From: Blastocatellia bacterium
GTDB lineage: Bacteria > Acidobacteriota > Blastocatellia > UBA7656
DNA length: 64,000 nt
Direction of reading: 5' to 3'
NCBI GenBank assembly: GCA_963737945.1
Contig: CAVTUR010000004.1
Coordinates: forward strand, 63,211 to 127,210
In this document: positions 10,630 through 20,759 of the stretch, in pieces
Layout: each line of letters opens with the position of its first letter
How positions within the stretch are numbered: position 1 is the first letter of the stretch
Program-made: the position numbers and the translations under genes
Notes under the pieces: model-generated
What the model was told of the DNA's origin: nothing
The model's input: only the letters and a program-made list of their open reading frames with translations
Database searches by the model: none

Positions 10630-10812
10630 GAGGATGCTAACCACAGTTCTATCTGAGCCTTCTGCGCTACAGCTTTATCCGGTTAATGCGAGGGGGCATA
10701 TAGTGGGTCATGGTACTCAATGCGGTTCGCGCTTCGGCACAACTTCTCACTTGATACTCTCCCTCGACCTTTGCTCAGGCAACTCCGATCTGCAGTCGTT
10801 TGCTTGGTCACT
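10630..10812 (-). ncRNA. Predicted bridge RNA / seekRNA of the IS1111-type recombinase (ends approximate)
   Basis: Internal loop carrying GUGAGAAGU (rc 10742-10750) and UGACCCAC (rc 10703-10710), which match the two halves of the insertion target; second loop carrying AUAGAAC (rc 10646-10652), which matches the donor junction. Confidence 0.85.
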
Positions 10813-11898
10813 TCAGCCTGTCTGGTCGCCTGCGCTTTGTTCTGCTTGATTCACTCTTATGGGATCGAACTTTTCTCCTTTCTTCCAAACTGCCAACGAT
10901 ATTGCTGCGATCTTTCGGGCAACGGTTAACTGCGCCATTTCTGGTCGCATTTTGTTATCGATCAGTCTCTGGTAGTACTTGTTGAACGGTTCCCTCTTTA
11001 TCGCGGTGATTGCTGCTCCTTTGTATACAGCTTTCAACATCCGATTGAAGTTTTTGTTTAGTCCCCTGGTCTGCAGCGCCTTCTTTCGTCTTTGACGGCG
11101 TCCGTCTACTATCTCGTATTCGCCGCTCATGTGTGTCACTACCGCCAATCCACAGTACGCCCAGTATTGCCTCTTGGTCCGAAATCGATGTGGTGTCCCT
11201 ACCGTCGCGATAACGGTTGCTGCTCGGATCGCACCCAAACCCGGCACCTTACATTGAAGCTTGTATCCTTGATGCTTGTGTGCCTCATCAATCATTGCTT
11301 TGAGTGCCTCCTTGCTCAGCTCGTTCAAACTCTTCATCTGTTTGTAGAGAAGATCTGCTCGAGCCCGCAGTGATACGGTTTCTAGTTTCTCTTTCCACTC
11401 TTCACGCGTTTCCTGGCTGTAAACCGACTGACCCCGGCACGTTATCGCCCGCCCTCTGAACAGTCCTTTCAGTCGATTCTTTGTCCTCGTCCTGTCTTCC
11501 ACTAACCGAATGTATCCCTGAACCAATTCCTTCAGTCCTTTGATACTCTTGTCCCCGTGATAAACCGATTCCAGTTCTCCCAATCTCAAAAGCCTCGCTA
11601 GCTTCTTCGCATCAACTCGGTCCCCTTTGCTTCCTGACTGAATCAGCTTGTTCTTCCTAGGGTCGCAGACCACTGTTTTTGCCACTAACGGTCGCACGAT
11701 CTCGTACAACCATCCACTAGCGCATCCCTCCTCGAACGCTACGTGTACCCTCCCATCCAGACCTTTGAAAAACTGTCGGATTGCTTCCGCATTCATCCCC
11801 AGAAAAGTCTCCATCAAAAACTCACCTTTTTCGTCCGTTACGTACGCAACGATGGTTGATTTATCTACATCCAGTCCTACATACTTGTCTCTGTTCAT
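10813..11898 (-). CDS. IS110 family recombinase/transposase (DEDD RuvC-like domain plus C-terminal Tnp domain)
   Basis: YVGLDV, AFEE and KGDRVDA acidic residues; VPGLG; YCGL...SG catalytic serine; VARK. Confidence 0.95.
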   Translation of the reverse strand: MNRDKYVGLDVDKSTIVAYVTDEKGEFLMETFLGMNAEAIRQFFKGLDGRVHVAFEEGCASGWLYEIVRPLVAKTVVCDPRKNKLIQSGSKGDRVDAKKLARLLRLGELESVYHGDKSIKGLKELVQGYIRLVEDRTRTKNRLKGLFRGRAITCRGQSVYSQETREEWKEKLETVSLRARADLLYKQMKSLNELSKEALKAMIDEAHKHQGYKLQCKVPGLGAIRAATVIATVGTPHRFRTKRQYWAYCGLAVVTHMSGEYEIVDGRRQRRKKALQTRGLNKNFNRMLKAVYKGAAITAIKREPFNKYYQRLIDNKMRPEMAQLTVARKIAAISLAVWKKGEKFDPIRVNQAEQSAGDQTG

Positions 11899-12038
11899 AG
11901 GGCTTCTCCTCTCGCCTAGTCTTGACTTCTTTTACGCGTCAATAACTATCACGAAAGGGGCGGCCCTTTCATATTACGTGGGTCTGGTGATGTTCTAGCC
12001 TACGACGCACTCCACGGGGTGCCACACAGCCCGCAACA

Positions 12039-12278
12039 CCACTTCTCACGAAGTGGGTATGTGCAGAACGCGAGACCTTGGCGCGCGGTTGTAGGCTGCA
12101 GCATCACTTGACCCACTTCTCACGAAGTGGGTATGTGCAAAGGGAGACCTTGACGCGCGGCTGATCTGTAGGCTGCAGCATCACTTGACCCACTTCTCAC
12201 GAAGTGGGTATGTGCAAAGCGCGAGACCTTCGCGCGCGGCTGATCTGTTGTAGGCTGCAGCATCACTTGACCCACTTC
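12039..12278 (+). repeat. Tandem array of about 3.1 copies of a 73-82 bp REP-like unit with hairpin ACCCACTTC-TCAC-GAAGTGGGT
   Basis: Units start near 12039, 12111, 12188 and 12270; each also has GTAGGCTGCAGCATCACTTG. Confidence 0.92.
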
Positions 12279-12466
12279 ACACGTCTGCACCGCCAACTGT
12301 TGACAACTGGCGTGAGTCGCCGTATTAATGTCGAGACAAGGCACACACCCAAGGGAAATCGAAGTCAGACATTTGACCTGAAGCCCCCCAACGGTAAGTC
12401 CGGCTTCAAATTTGCAATATCTTTGAGGACGCAGGATTTGTTGGTCCGATGAAAGGGGGGAGTTGG

Positions 12467-12667
12467 ATGAGTGCTCACGTGATCGATCTTGGTCCTGCGG
12501 TGGCCTCAGTTGTTGAGGAAGTCGATCGTTCTGAAGCTGGAGTAACTGAGGACAACCAGAACAATCTCAACAAAATACGACTCGAGATCCTCTATCAACT
12601 CTACTTCGCTCCGGAGCCTACGCCGGAGAGGATTGCGATGGAGGAGTTCCTTTTGGAGTGCGATTGA
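12467..12667 (+). CDS. Small hypothetical protein
   Basis: GGGAG upstream of ATG; plausible acidic 66-aa product; no recognised motif. Confidence 0.45.
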   Translation: MSAHVIDLGPAVASVVEEVDRSEAGVTEDNQNNLNKIRLEILYQLYFAPEPTPERIAMEEFLLECD

Positions 12668-12919
12668 GCCGCTCCTGGCATAGGGCATTTTTGCGGAGCC
12701 AGCCTACCGTATTGGGAAACTTTTACACGCTCGAGGAGCAGTTAAGACCCTTCTTGGAAGTGGCGTTCGATAGATTGCAACAGCATTCTGCTACAACCTC
12801 CTAGCCGCTCGCCTTTTTTTCTTCCCTTCCTTTGCCAGCCGAGCGCCAGCCACATGAGCCACATCGGGAGCGTCAGTAATAACTCATACAAAGCGTGCGA
12901 GCAGAGGCGGTTCGGTCCT

Positions 12920-13243
12920 CTAAGACTTTTGCTTGTCGCGCAACCGCCCGAGCGTGCTCTCGATCAATCTGTTCAGCTTGTCTGTAGCGCCCTCTACCGC
13001 TTCGTCCAGGGTCGCTGCCTCGTGAGTGACCGCTATGGGTTTGAGGCCGCCGAGGCGGGCTTCCATCATACAGCGCTTGTCCGTCGGTCCCCTCTTGTGG
13101 CTGTTCTCATCGCTCAGGTGAACTTCAACTCGCGTAATGCGATCGCTGAATCGGCTCAGGGCGCTCTCCACCAGACCACTAACCTTTCCGCTCAACGCCT
13201 CGTGCCCCGCAATGTTATGGTCCGTGTTGATTTGTATCTGCAT
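12920..13243 (-). CDS. HPF/RaiA family ribosome-associated protein
   Basis: MQIQINTDHNI...RITRVEVHLSDEN...DKRCMMEAR; AGGAG RBS. Confidence 0.88.
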   Translation of the reverse strand: MQIQINTDHNIAGHEALSGKVSGLVESALSRFSDRITRVEVHLSDENSHKRGPTDKRCMMEARLGGLKPIAVTHEAATLDEAVEGATDKLNRLIESTLGRLRDKQKS

Positions 13244-13309
13244 GGTCCTTCTCCTGTCCTCATTTTGATTAATGGCGCTCGGTGTGCTCATCAGGGTGCG
13301 TCGACGCGG

Positions 13310-13672
13310 CTAGGCTTCCTCCAGCCATTTTCGCGCTTCGACGGCATCAGCATGATCGAAGTATCGGATCGTCGCTCTTGTGAACGGCTTGCAGAACGTC
13401 GCCATGCCCTGCTCCCACACCTTGTCGCCGATCATCGCGAGGCGTTCGATGTCCGCGAAGTGCTTGAGGTCGAACTTGATATCCTCCCATAGCGCGCCGA
13501 CTTCCCAACCGTGGAAACCGATCATATCGAACAGTACGCGCAGCTTTCCGTGCTCCCGGACCAGACGCTCGAACTCGGGCACAAACTGCTCGTAGTCCGA
13601 CTTTACCAGCTTCCCGCTGACGTGAACGGCGAGCACCTTGCCGCCGCTCTCTTCTTTGAGTTGAATTGGCAT
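13310..13672 (-). CDS. STAS/SEC14 (SpoIIAA-like) domain protein
   Basis: VSGKL..SDYE...GKLRVLFDM..FHGWE..ALWEDIKFD..H...IERLAMIGD..W family pattern. Confidence 0.85.
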   Translation of the reverse strand: MPIQLKEESGGKVLAVHVSGKLVKSDYEQFVPEFERLVREHGKLRVLFDMIGFHGWEVGALWEDIKFDLKHFADIERLAMIGDKVWEQGMATFCKPFTRATIRYFDHADAVEARKWLEEA

Positions 13673-13772
13673 TTTATCTCCTTTGATACGATTCAGCTTC
13701 GCTTGCTGTTTTGCGCCTGCTCTCACCCGGTCCAATGTGGCGCGATTCGGTTACGCGACCAGGCGTGTTTTT

Positions 13773-16144
13773 CTAAGTGTTATTCCGGCTCCACTGCCAG
13801 TTGCGGATTTCCGGCATGTCTTCGCCGTACTTGCGTATGTATTGCTTGTGCTCGATCAGCTTGTCCTTGAGCTGCTGCTTTACGTAGATGCCCTTGTCGC
13901 CGGTTTGGGGCAGTCGGTCGATTGCGTCCATTACCAGGTGGAAGCGATCCAGATCGTTCAGCACGGTCATGTCAAACGGCGTTGTGATGGTGCCTTCTTC
14001 CTTGTAGCCGCGGACGTGTATGTTCTCGTGGTTGGTCCGCCGGTAGGTCAGCCGGTGAATCAACCAAGGGTAGGCATGAAAGGCGAAGACGACCGGTTTG
14101 TCTCTGGTGAAGATCTCGTCGAAATCCCTGTCACTCAGACCGTGCGGGTGCTCGGTTTGCGGCTGCAGCTTCATGAGGTCGACAACGTTGACCACCCGGA
14201 TTCTCAAATCGGGCAGATGCTCGCGCATGATGGAGACAGCGGCGAGCGTCTCAAGCGTGGGAACGTCGCCGCAGCAGGCCATCACCACATCGGTGGCTCG
14301 GCCCTGGTCGTTGCTGGCCCATTGCCAAATGCCGATGCCCCCGGCGCAGTGTTTTTCGGCCGCGTCCATCGTCAGCCATTGCGGCGCCGGGTGTTTGCCG
14401 GCGACGACGACGTTGACATAATGCCGGCTGCGCAGGCAGTGATCCATGACCGACAGCAGACAGTTGGCGTCCGGTGGCAGGTAAACACGCACAACCTCGG
14501 CCTTCTTGTTTGTGACGTGGTCGATGAAACCTGGATCCTGATGGGTGAAGCCGTTGTGATCCTGGCGCCAGACATGCGACGCCAGCAGGTAGTTTAACGA
14601 CGCGATCTTTCGCCGCCACGGCAGGTGCGATGTGACCTTCAGCCATTTGGCGTGCTGGTTGTACATCGAATCAACGATGTGAATGAATGCCTCGTAGCAA
14701 TTGAACAGCCCGTGCCTTCCCGTAAGGAGGTAACCTTCCAGCCAGCCCTCGCATTGGTGCTCGCTGAGCATCGAGTCGAGCACGCGTCCTGTGGGAGCGA
14801 GAAATTCGTCGTTCGACAGGGTCGCGCCATCCCACTGACGGTTGGTCACCTCAAAGAGCGCTTCGAGGCCGTTGGAGAGCGTCTCGTCGGGGCCAAAAAC
14901 CCGGAAATTCCTCTGCTCGTTGTTCAGCTTCGCCACATCGCGCAGGAAATTCCCGAGCACATGCGTGTCGCCTATTCCGCGCACCCCGGGTGAGGTCACG
15001 TCGACCGCATAGTCGCGGAAATCGGGCATCCGCAGATCACGGAGGAGAATGCCACCGTTGGCGTGAGGATTCGCGCCCATGCGTCGTTCGCCGGTGGGCG
15101 CAAGTTCGGCCAGCTCCGGTTTCAGGCGGCCCAGATCATCGAAGAGTTCCTCCGGCCGATAGCCCCTGAGCCAGTCTTCCAATAGTTTGAGATGATCGGG
15201 GTGAGTGGCCGGGTGGAGGGGAACCTGGTGCGAACGGAAGGTGCCTTCTACCTGCAAACCATCTACGATCCGCGGCCCGGTCCAACCCTTTGGTGAGTTG
15301 AGAACGATCATCGGCCAGCGCGGACGGGTCGCGTCGCCCTGGTCCCGAGCGTTTCGCTGAATTTGTTTGATCTGCTCAACCGCCGTATCGAGCGTCGCGG
15401 CCATTGCCTCATGCATGAGCTCAGGCTCGTGGCCCTCGACGAAATAAGGGGCCCATCCGTAGCCGCGGAGTAACTGCTCCAATTCCTCGCGGGTAATTCG
15501 AGCGAGAATAGTCGGATTGGCAATCTTGTAGCCGTTGAGATGCAGGATCGGGAGCACCGCGCCATCGGTGACGGGATCGAGAAACTTGTTGGAATGCCAC
15601 GCCGTAGCCAACGGGCCTGTCTCTGCCTCGCCATCGCCGACGACGCAGGCGACGATGAGATCGGGGTTGTCGAACACCGCTCCGAACGAATGGCTAAGCG
15701 AATAACCCAGCTCGCCACCCTCGTGGATCGACCCCGGCGTCTCCGGCGAGGCGTGGCTGGGAATGCCTCCGGGAAACGAAAACTGGAGAAAGAGCTTCCG
15801 CAGACCGTCCTCATCCTGGCTGATGTCGGGATAGATCTCGCTGTAAGTGCCCTCGAGATAGGTATTGGCCACAACAGCCGGGCCGCCATGCCCGGGGCCG
15901 GAAACATAAATCATGTCGAGGTCATACTTTTTGATGATCCGGTTCAGGTGCACGTAGATGAAGTTCTGTCCGGGGTCGTACCCCAGTGCCCCAGCAGCAT
16001 TCGCTTCACGTCGGCGAGCGCAAGCGATCGCTTCAGCAGCGGATTGTCATAAAGAAAAATCTGCCCGACTGAGAGATAGTTGGCGGCGCGCCAGTAGGCA
16101 TCCATCTTCTGAAGCATTTCCGCGGAGAGAGCGTTTGTCGTCAT
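13773..16144 (-). CDS. xfp: Xylulose-5-P/fructose-6-P phosphoketolase; one frameshift near 15970
   Basis: [22 protein letters not shown](G), [33 protein letters not shown]; one missing base in the CC/GGGG run at ~15970. Confidence 0.93.
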
Positions 16145-16271
16145 GGTTTGGTCCTCCCGCTGCTTTCTTCCTGGGTTTGGTGTTGTTGCCCGATTGAGAG
16201 TGCGGTGAGTGATCGGATTCACCGTGATCTGCACGGGAGTCAACAGACATCGCGCTCGTGCTTATCCTCCA

Positions 16272-16803
16272 TCAAGGTAATGTCTTGAGGTAAGCGATCA
16301 GGTCAGCGAGGTCTTCGTTGCCGATGTTCCAGCGCGGCATATCCGTGCTCAGCTCCGTGCCGTCAGGGTCTTGACCCTTGGTAACCGCCAGGCGAAATTT
16401 TTCGGCGTCGAATTCATCCTGTAAGGCTGACCACCGAATTTTACCGAATATCCTTGGCGGTCATTGTCCGCATCGCGCCCATGTTGTTGCCGCCCATGTC
16501 GTTGCCGCCCATATTGTGTTCGCCGCCGCGCCCATCCGGACCATGGCACGAAGCACAAGCAAACCGGCCACCCATCATCATCCCACTGCTCGACGCCGGA
16601 TCACCGGTGAAGGTGATTGCCGTGCCGCGATCGCTCGTAGCGGTAAAATAGATGCGTTCGCCGTTCGAGCGAAAGGCCCCTGGCCCCCATGCGGTCCCCG
16701 TTCCATTCGACGCCGCCGGTTGTGGAGATGGACAAGCTGTGAATAGCAGCGCGACGATGACTGCCAGGGAACTCAGACCGATTTTTCTGATATCGCGGTA
16801 CAT
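16272..16803 (-). pseudogene. Monoheme cytochrome c lipoprotein disrupted by a 10-bp insertion
   Basis: Lipobox LLFTAC and CASCH; removing 10 bp at ~16440-16449 restores AKDIRWSALQDEF...DMPRW...LIAYLKTLP. Confidence 0.8.
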
Positions 16804-16908
16804 TGTTTCTTCTCCTTCTTCCACCCAATGTGTGGGATTGGCTTTAGCAAATGTGTTCGTGTGTGTTTGTCAATCTGTCTCCTCGATTCAATAGGAGTCT
16901 CAGGTCTT

Positions 16909-18474
16909 TCATTTTGATTTCTTCGAAGTGGCGGCGCGCGATACATTCTGGCCGGGCTGCTTCAATTCCGTTGGCAGCGGCCAGCGATGTCCTTGCTGGG
17001 TAAGCAATCCTTGTGTGGCCTCGGGACCCCAGGTTCCCGAGTCGTAGTTTGGAAAATCACTCGGCGGAGTAGTCTTCCACCTTTCGAGCACTGGCATCAG
17101 AACTCGCCAGGCTGCTTCCACCTGATCGGCGCGCATGAATAGAGTGGCGTCATTTTTCATGATGTCCCAGAGCAGCGTTTCATACGCGTCCGGGGAGCGC
17201 GCGGCAAAGCTCTCGCGATAGTTGAACCGCATATCCACCGGCCGCAGCTGCATTTTCGGTCCCGGATACTTCGCCTGAAAACCCAGCACGATGCCTTCAT
17301 CGGGCTGGATTGACATGACGAGCCGGGACGGCTGCCACCCCAGAGAAGCCTCGGGCGGGAACGGCTGATGGGGCACGGCCCGGAATTGAATAGCGACTTC
17401 CGTCACCTGACAGGGCAGACGCTTGCCGGTGCGCAAATAAAACGGCACATCCTGCCAGCGCCAGTTGTCTATGAACAGCCGCAGAGCTGCAAACGTCTCC
17501 GTTTGGGAATCGGCCGCGACGCCGTCCTCTTCGCGGTAGCCGAGTATTGTCTTGTTCCCAGTGCGGGCCCCGCCATACTGCCCGCGCACCGCGCAAAGGT
17601 GGACCTCATCGCGGTGAATGGGGCGGACCGCGTGAAGCACATCAACCTTCTTGTTGCGGATCTCATCGGCGTCGAACGAAACCATCGGCTCCATCGCCAC
17701 GAGACAGAGCAGTTGCATAAGATGATTCTGGACCATGTCGCGGAGCGCGCCCGCCTGATCGTAGTAACCGCCTCGGCGTTCCACTCCCACCTCCTCGGCG
17801 ACGGTGATGGTCACATAGTCCACATAAAGTCGGTTCCAGATCGGCTCGAACAGCGGATTAGCGAAGCGGAAAGCCAGAATGTTCTGCACCGTTTCTTTGC
17901 CGAGATAGTGATCGATACGGAAGATCTGGGACTCCTCGAAACTTTCGCCGAGGATGATATTTAAGGCGCACGCCGATTCCAGATCGGAGCCAATCGGCTT
18001 CTCGATCACGATTCGCGCGCATTCCCTGTCCCGCGCCAGCCCGGCCTTGCCCAGGTGTTTCGGGATTTCGCCGAACATGCTTGGCGGTGTAGCCATGTAG
18101 AAGATGCGGTGCGCTTTGGTTCCCCATTGCTTTTCAAGCTCCGCACATTCCGCGCCCAGGGCGGTGTAGGTTTGCAGCTTCTTGAAATCGCCCTGCTGAT
18201 AGCGAATATGCCTGGCAAACTCTCGCCATTCGCCGGGTTTCACCGCTCCCTGGCGCGAGAACTTCTTGACGCCGTCGTGAAGACGCCGGCGCAGCTTTTC
18301 ATCGCTCAACTCAACCCGATCCACCGCGATTATCGAGAAGTCAGCGGGCATGCTTCGGTCCTGGGAGAGATCGAACAAGGCAGGCACGAGTTTTCGCCAG
18401 GTCAAGTCACCGGCTCCGCCAAAAATGACGAACACCGTCGGTTCAAGTTGGTCATCCGAGTTCGTTAGTTTCAT
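16909..18474 (-). CDS. zwf: Glucose-6-phosphate 1-dehydrogenase
   Basis: [36 protein letters not shown]. Confidence 0.96.
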   Translation of the reverse strand: MKLTNSDDQLEPTVFVIFGGAGDLTWRKLVPALFDLSQDRSMPADFSIIAVDRVELSDEKLRRRLHDGVKKFSRQGAVKPGEWREFARHIRYQQGDFKKLQTYTALGAECAELEKQWGTKAHRIFYMATPPSMFGEIPKHLGKAGLARDRECARIVIEKPIGSDLESACALNIILGESFEESQIFRIDHYLGKETVQNILAFRFANPLFEPIWNRLYVDYVTITVAEEVGVERRGGYYDQAGALRDMVQNHLMQLLCLVAMEPMVSFDADEIRNKKVDVLHAVRPIHRDEVHLCAVRGQYGGARTGNKTILGYREEDGVAADSQTETFAALRLFIDNWRWQDVPFYLRTGKRLPCQVTEVAIQFRAVPHQPFPPEASLGWQPSRLVMSIQPDEGIVLGFQAKYPGPKMQLRPVDMRFNYRESFAARSPDAYETLLWDIMKNDATLFMRADQVEAAWRVLMPVLERWKTTPPSDFPNYDSGTWGPEATQGLLTQQGHRWPLPTELKQPGQNVSRAATSKKSK

Positions 18475-18481
18475 TACGTTG

Positions 18482-20173
18482 TCAAGACGTGGTATTCGAC
18501 CCCTGATGTTTGCCGGGGTCCGGCTCCGCCGCCAAAGCATTGCTCACAATCGTCTGGGCTTCCTCGAGGATACGCCCGAGGTGATCCGCTCCAAGAAAAC
18601 TCTCCGCGTAAATCTTGTAGATGTCTTCGGTCCCCGACGGTCGGGCAGCGAACCATCCGCTCTCGGCGACCACCTTTAACCCGCCGATTGGAGCGCCGTT
18701 GCCAGGCGCGTGGCTGAGGATGGTCTGGATGTTTTCGCCGGCAAGTTCAGTGAGCCGCACCTGCCGGGGTGAGATTTGCTTGAGGATTTCTTTTTCCTTC
18801 GGGGTGGCCGGTGCATCGATGCGGTTAAAGAAAGACTCGCCGCATTCACGCGTGAGCTCGTGGTAGATTTCGCCGGGATCGCGGCCCATCCGAGCTGTGA
18901 TCTCCGCCGCCAGCAATGCCGGGACAATGCCATCTTTGTCCGTCGTCCAAACAGTTCCATCAATGCGGGCGAAGGATGCCCCTGCGCTCTCTTCGCCGCC
19001 GAACCCAAGCGAACCATCGAGCAAGCCATCAACAAACCACTTGAACCCAACGGGTACCTCGTAGAGCTTTCGCCCCAGCTTTGCGGCGACCCGATCAATC
19101 ATCTGGCTGCTCACCACCGTCTTGCCGATCGCCGCTGCCTTGCTCCATTTCGGCCGGTGTTGGAAGAGATAGAATATCGCGACCGAGAGATAGTGATTTG
19201 GCGGCAGCAATCCCGCGCTTGGGGTGACGATTCCGTGCCGATCGTGATCCGCATCACACGCCCAGGCAATATCAAAGCGATCTTTGATATCGAGCAGACT
19301 CTGCATTGCATAGGGTGAAGACGGGTCCATCCGAATCTGGCCGTCCCAATCCGCGGTCATGAACCGGAAGGTCGGATCGACGACCTCATTCACAACCGTG
19401 AGGTTCAACCGGTAGCGCTCGGCAACCGTCCCCCAGTAGTTCACCCCGGCGCCGCCGAGCGGGTCAACTCCCATTTTGATGTTCGCGCCGCGAATTACGT
19501 CCATGTCGATGACGTTTGTTAGATCGTTGATGTAAGCATTGATATAGTCGTGCCGGTGGGTCGTCATCGCGCTGAGGGCCTTCTCGTAAGAAACTCTCTT
19601 CAAACCCGCCAGAGCGTTCTCAAGAAACTCGTTTGCCTTCGCTTCGATCCAGTTGGTGATGTCGGATTCCGCGGGACCGCCGTGTGGAGGATTGTATTTG
19701 AAACCACCGTCCTGGGGCGGATTGTGTGACGGCGTAATGACGATGCCGTCGGCAAGACCTGCCTTCCTGCCGCGGTTGTAGGTCAGGATTGCGTGAGAAA
19801 TCACCGGAGTCGGCGTGTATTCATCCCCGCGACTGATCATGACCGCGACCTCGTTTGCTGCCAGCACCTCCAGTGCGCTGGCGAGAGCCGGGACGGAAAG
19901 GGCATGGGTGTCCATTCCCAGGAACAGCGGGCCATCGATCTTGTGCTGCTGCCGGTACAGACAAATGGCCTGACTAATGGCGAGAATATGCCATTCGTTG
20001 AAAGCCTTATCGAATGCAGAGCCACGATGTCCGGAGGTCCCGAAGGCGACTCGCTGTTCGGGCACCGACGGGTCAGGCGTTTCCGAATAGTAGGCGGTGA
20101 CGAGTCTGGGTACGTCCACCAGCATCGATGCTTCAATCGGTTTTCCCGCACGAGGGTTTACTTTCATGATCAT
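18482..20173 (-). CDS. pgm: Phosphoglucomutase (alpha-D-glucose phosphate-specific)
   Basis: [34 protein letters not shown]. Confidence 0.96.
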   Translation of the reverse strand: MIMKVNPRAGKPIEASMLVDVPRLVTAYYSETPDPSVPEQRVAFGTSGHRGSAFDKAFNEWHILAISQAICLYRQQHKIDGPLFLGMDTHALSVPALASALEVLAANEVAVMISRGDEYTPTPVISHAILTYNRGRKAGLADGIVITPSHNPPQDGGFKYNPPHGGPAESDITNWIEAKANEFLENALAGLKRVSYEKALSAMTTHRHDYINAYINDLTNVIDMDVIRGANIKMGVDPLGGAGVNYWGTVAERYRLNLTVVNEVVDPTFRFMTADWDGQIRMDPSSPYAMQSLLDIKDRFDIAWACDADHDRHGIVTPSAGLLPPNHYLSVAIFYLFQHRPKWSKAAAIGKTVVSSQMIDRVAAKLGRKLYEVPVGFKWFVDGLLDGSLGFGGEESAGASFARIDGTVWTTDKDGIVPALLAAEITARMGRDPGEIYHELTRECGESFFNRIDAPATPKEKEILKQISPRQVRLTELAGENIQTILSHAPGNGAPIGGLKVVAESGWFAARPSGTEDIYKIYAESFLGADHLGRILEEAQTIVSNALAAEPDPGKHQGSNTTS

Positions 20174-20259
20174 TCCAGATAGCGGAACCCAACCTTATCT
20201 AAATTTGGCATCCATTGCTGTCTAATATTGAACGGCTTTTTTGATTTGGTGTCCACCAA

Positions 20260-20288
20260 GTCCGACAAACTTCAGTTTGCCGACCTAC
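20260..20288 (-). repeat. GTAG-type REP hairpin
   Basis: Minus strand reads GTAGGTCGGCAAACTGAAGTTTGTCGGAC: GTAG tetranucleotide followed by a palindrome. Confidence 0.6.
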
Positions 20289-20321
20289 CGGCGATATCGA
20301 CAAATTGAAGGTTGACGGAGG

Positions 20322-20361
20322 CCCACTTCTCGCGAAGTGGGTATACGCAAAAACGCGAGAC
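20322..20361 (+). repeat. Dispersed partial copy of the 12039 repeat unit
   Basis: CCCACTTCTCGCGAAGTGGGTATACGCAAAAACGCGAGAC. Confidence 0.85.
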
Positions 20362-20458
20362 GGCGCGCCGGAGTACGTCATGAACCATGACCTACGTACT
20401 CATCCGTCAGCTCAGAGGTCCAGGCGCCGGACCCAATCAACACGGACCCAATCAACAT

Positions 20459-20487
20459 TTGACAGGGATCCGCCAACTCGCTATCGT
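20459..20487 (+). promoter_or_regulatory. Sigma70-type promoter of small ORF copy 1
   Basis: TTGACA-17 nt-TATCGT; conserved in the paralogous copy at 32723-32751. Confidence 0.7.
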
Positions 20488-20563
20488 AGCGATTCCCCTG
20501 GAGATCACCCAGTCGATAAGGGACACATCGAAGATAGAAAGCCCCGAGCGCAGGAGAAAGAAA

Positions 20564-20755
20564 ATGCCCCAGGACAGAGTCAGCGGCCTTCTGGCCGCAT
20601 ATTTCACCCAGCCCTATGCCGACTACGGAGAGGTTGCTCTAGAAATCCGGGATGAAGGCGGTCTCACACAGGACGAGATTAGGCTCATAACAAACCAAGT
20701 CCTGCACATCGATGCCAAAACGATAATTCGCCACACCGGTGTTTCAGAAAAATAG
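20564..20755 (+). CDS. Small protein or truncated gene (MPQDRVSGLLAAYFTQPY...), copy 1
   Basis: AGGAG RBS; differences from copy 2 are mostly synonymous. Confidence 0.6.
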   Translation: MPQDRVSGLLAAYFTQPYADYGEVALEIRDEGGLTQDEIRLITNQVLHIDAKTIIRHTGVSEK

Positions 20756-20759
20756 ACTT

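Larger units (their letters stand above)
10209..11979 (-). mobile_element. Complete IS110-family (IS1111 subgroup) insertion sequence, about 1.77 kb
   Basis: 11-bp subterminal IRs TATGAAAGGGC (10211-10221) and GCCCTTTCATA (11963-11973); GT core at both junctions (10207-8, 11978-9); removal restores ACCCACTTCGTGAGAAGTGGGTC; long non-coding end downstream of the transposase. Confidence 0.93.

Noticed and set aside
12039-12278. CRISPR array or TIGR-like guide array next to an IS110-related gene
   Set aside because: The sequences between hairpins are diverged copies of each other rather than unique spacers; there are no cas genes; the unit is the IS target and occurs elsewhere (10136, 20322)
13683-14597. 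304-aa plus-strand ORF, and similar antisense ORFs such as 51335..52531 and 59778..60581
   Set aside because: Shadow ORFs opposite well-supported genes in GC-rich DNA
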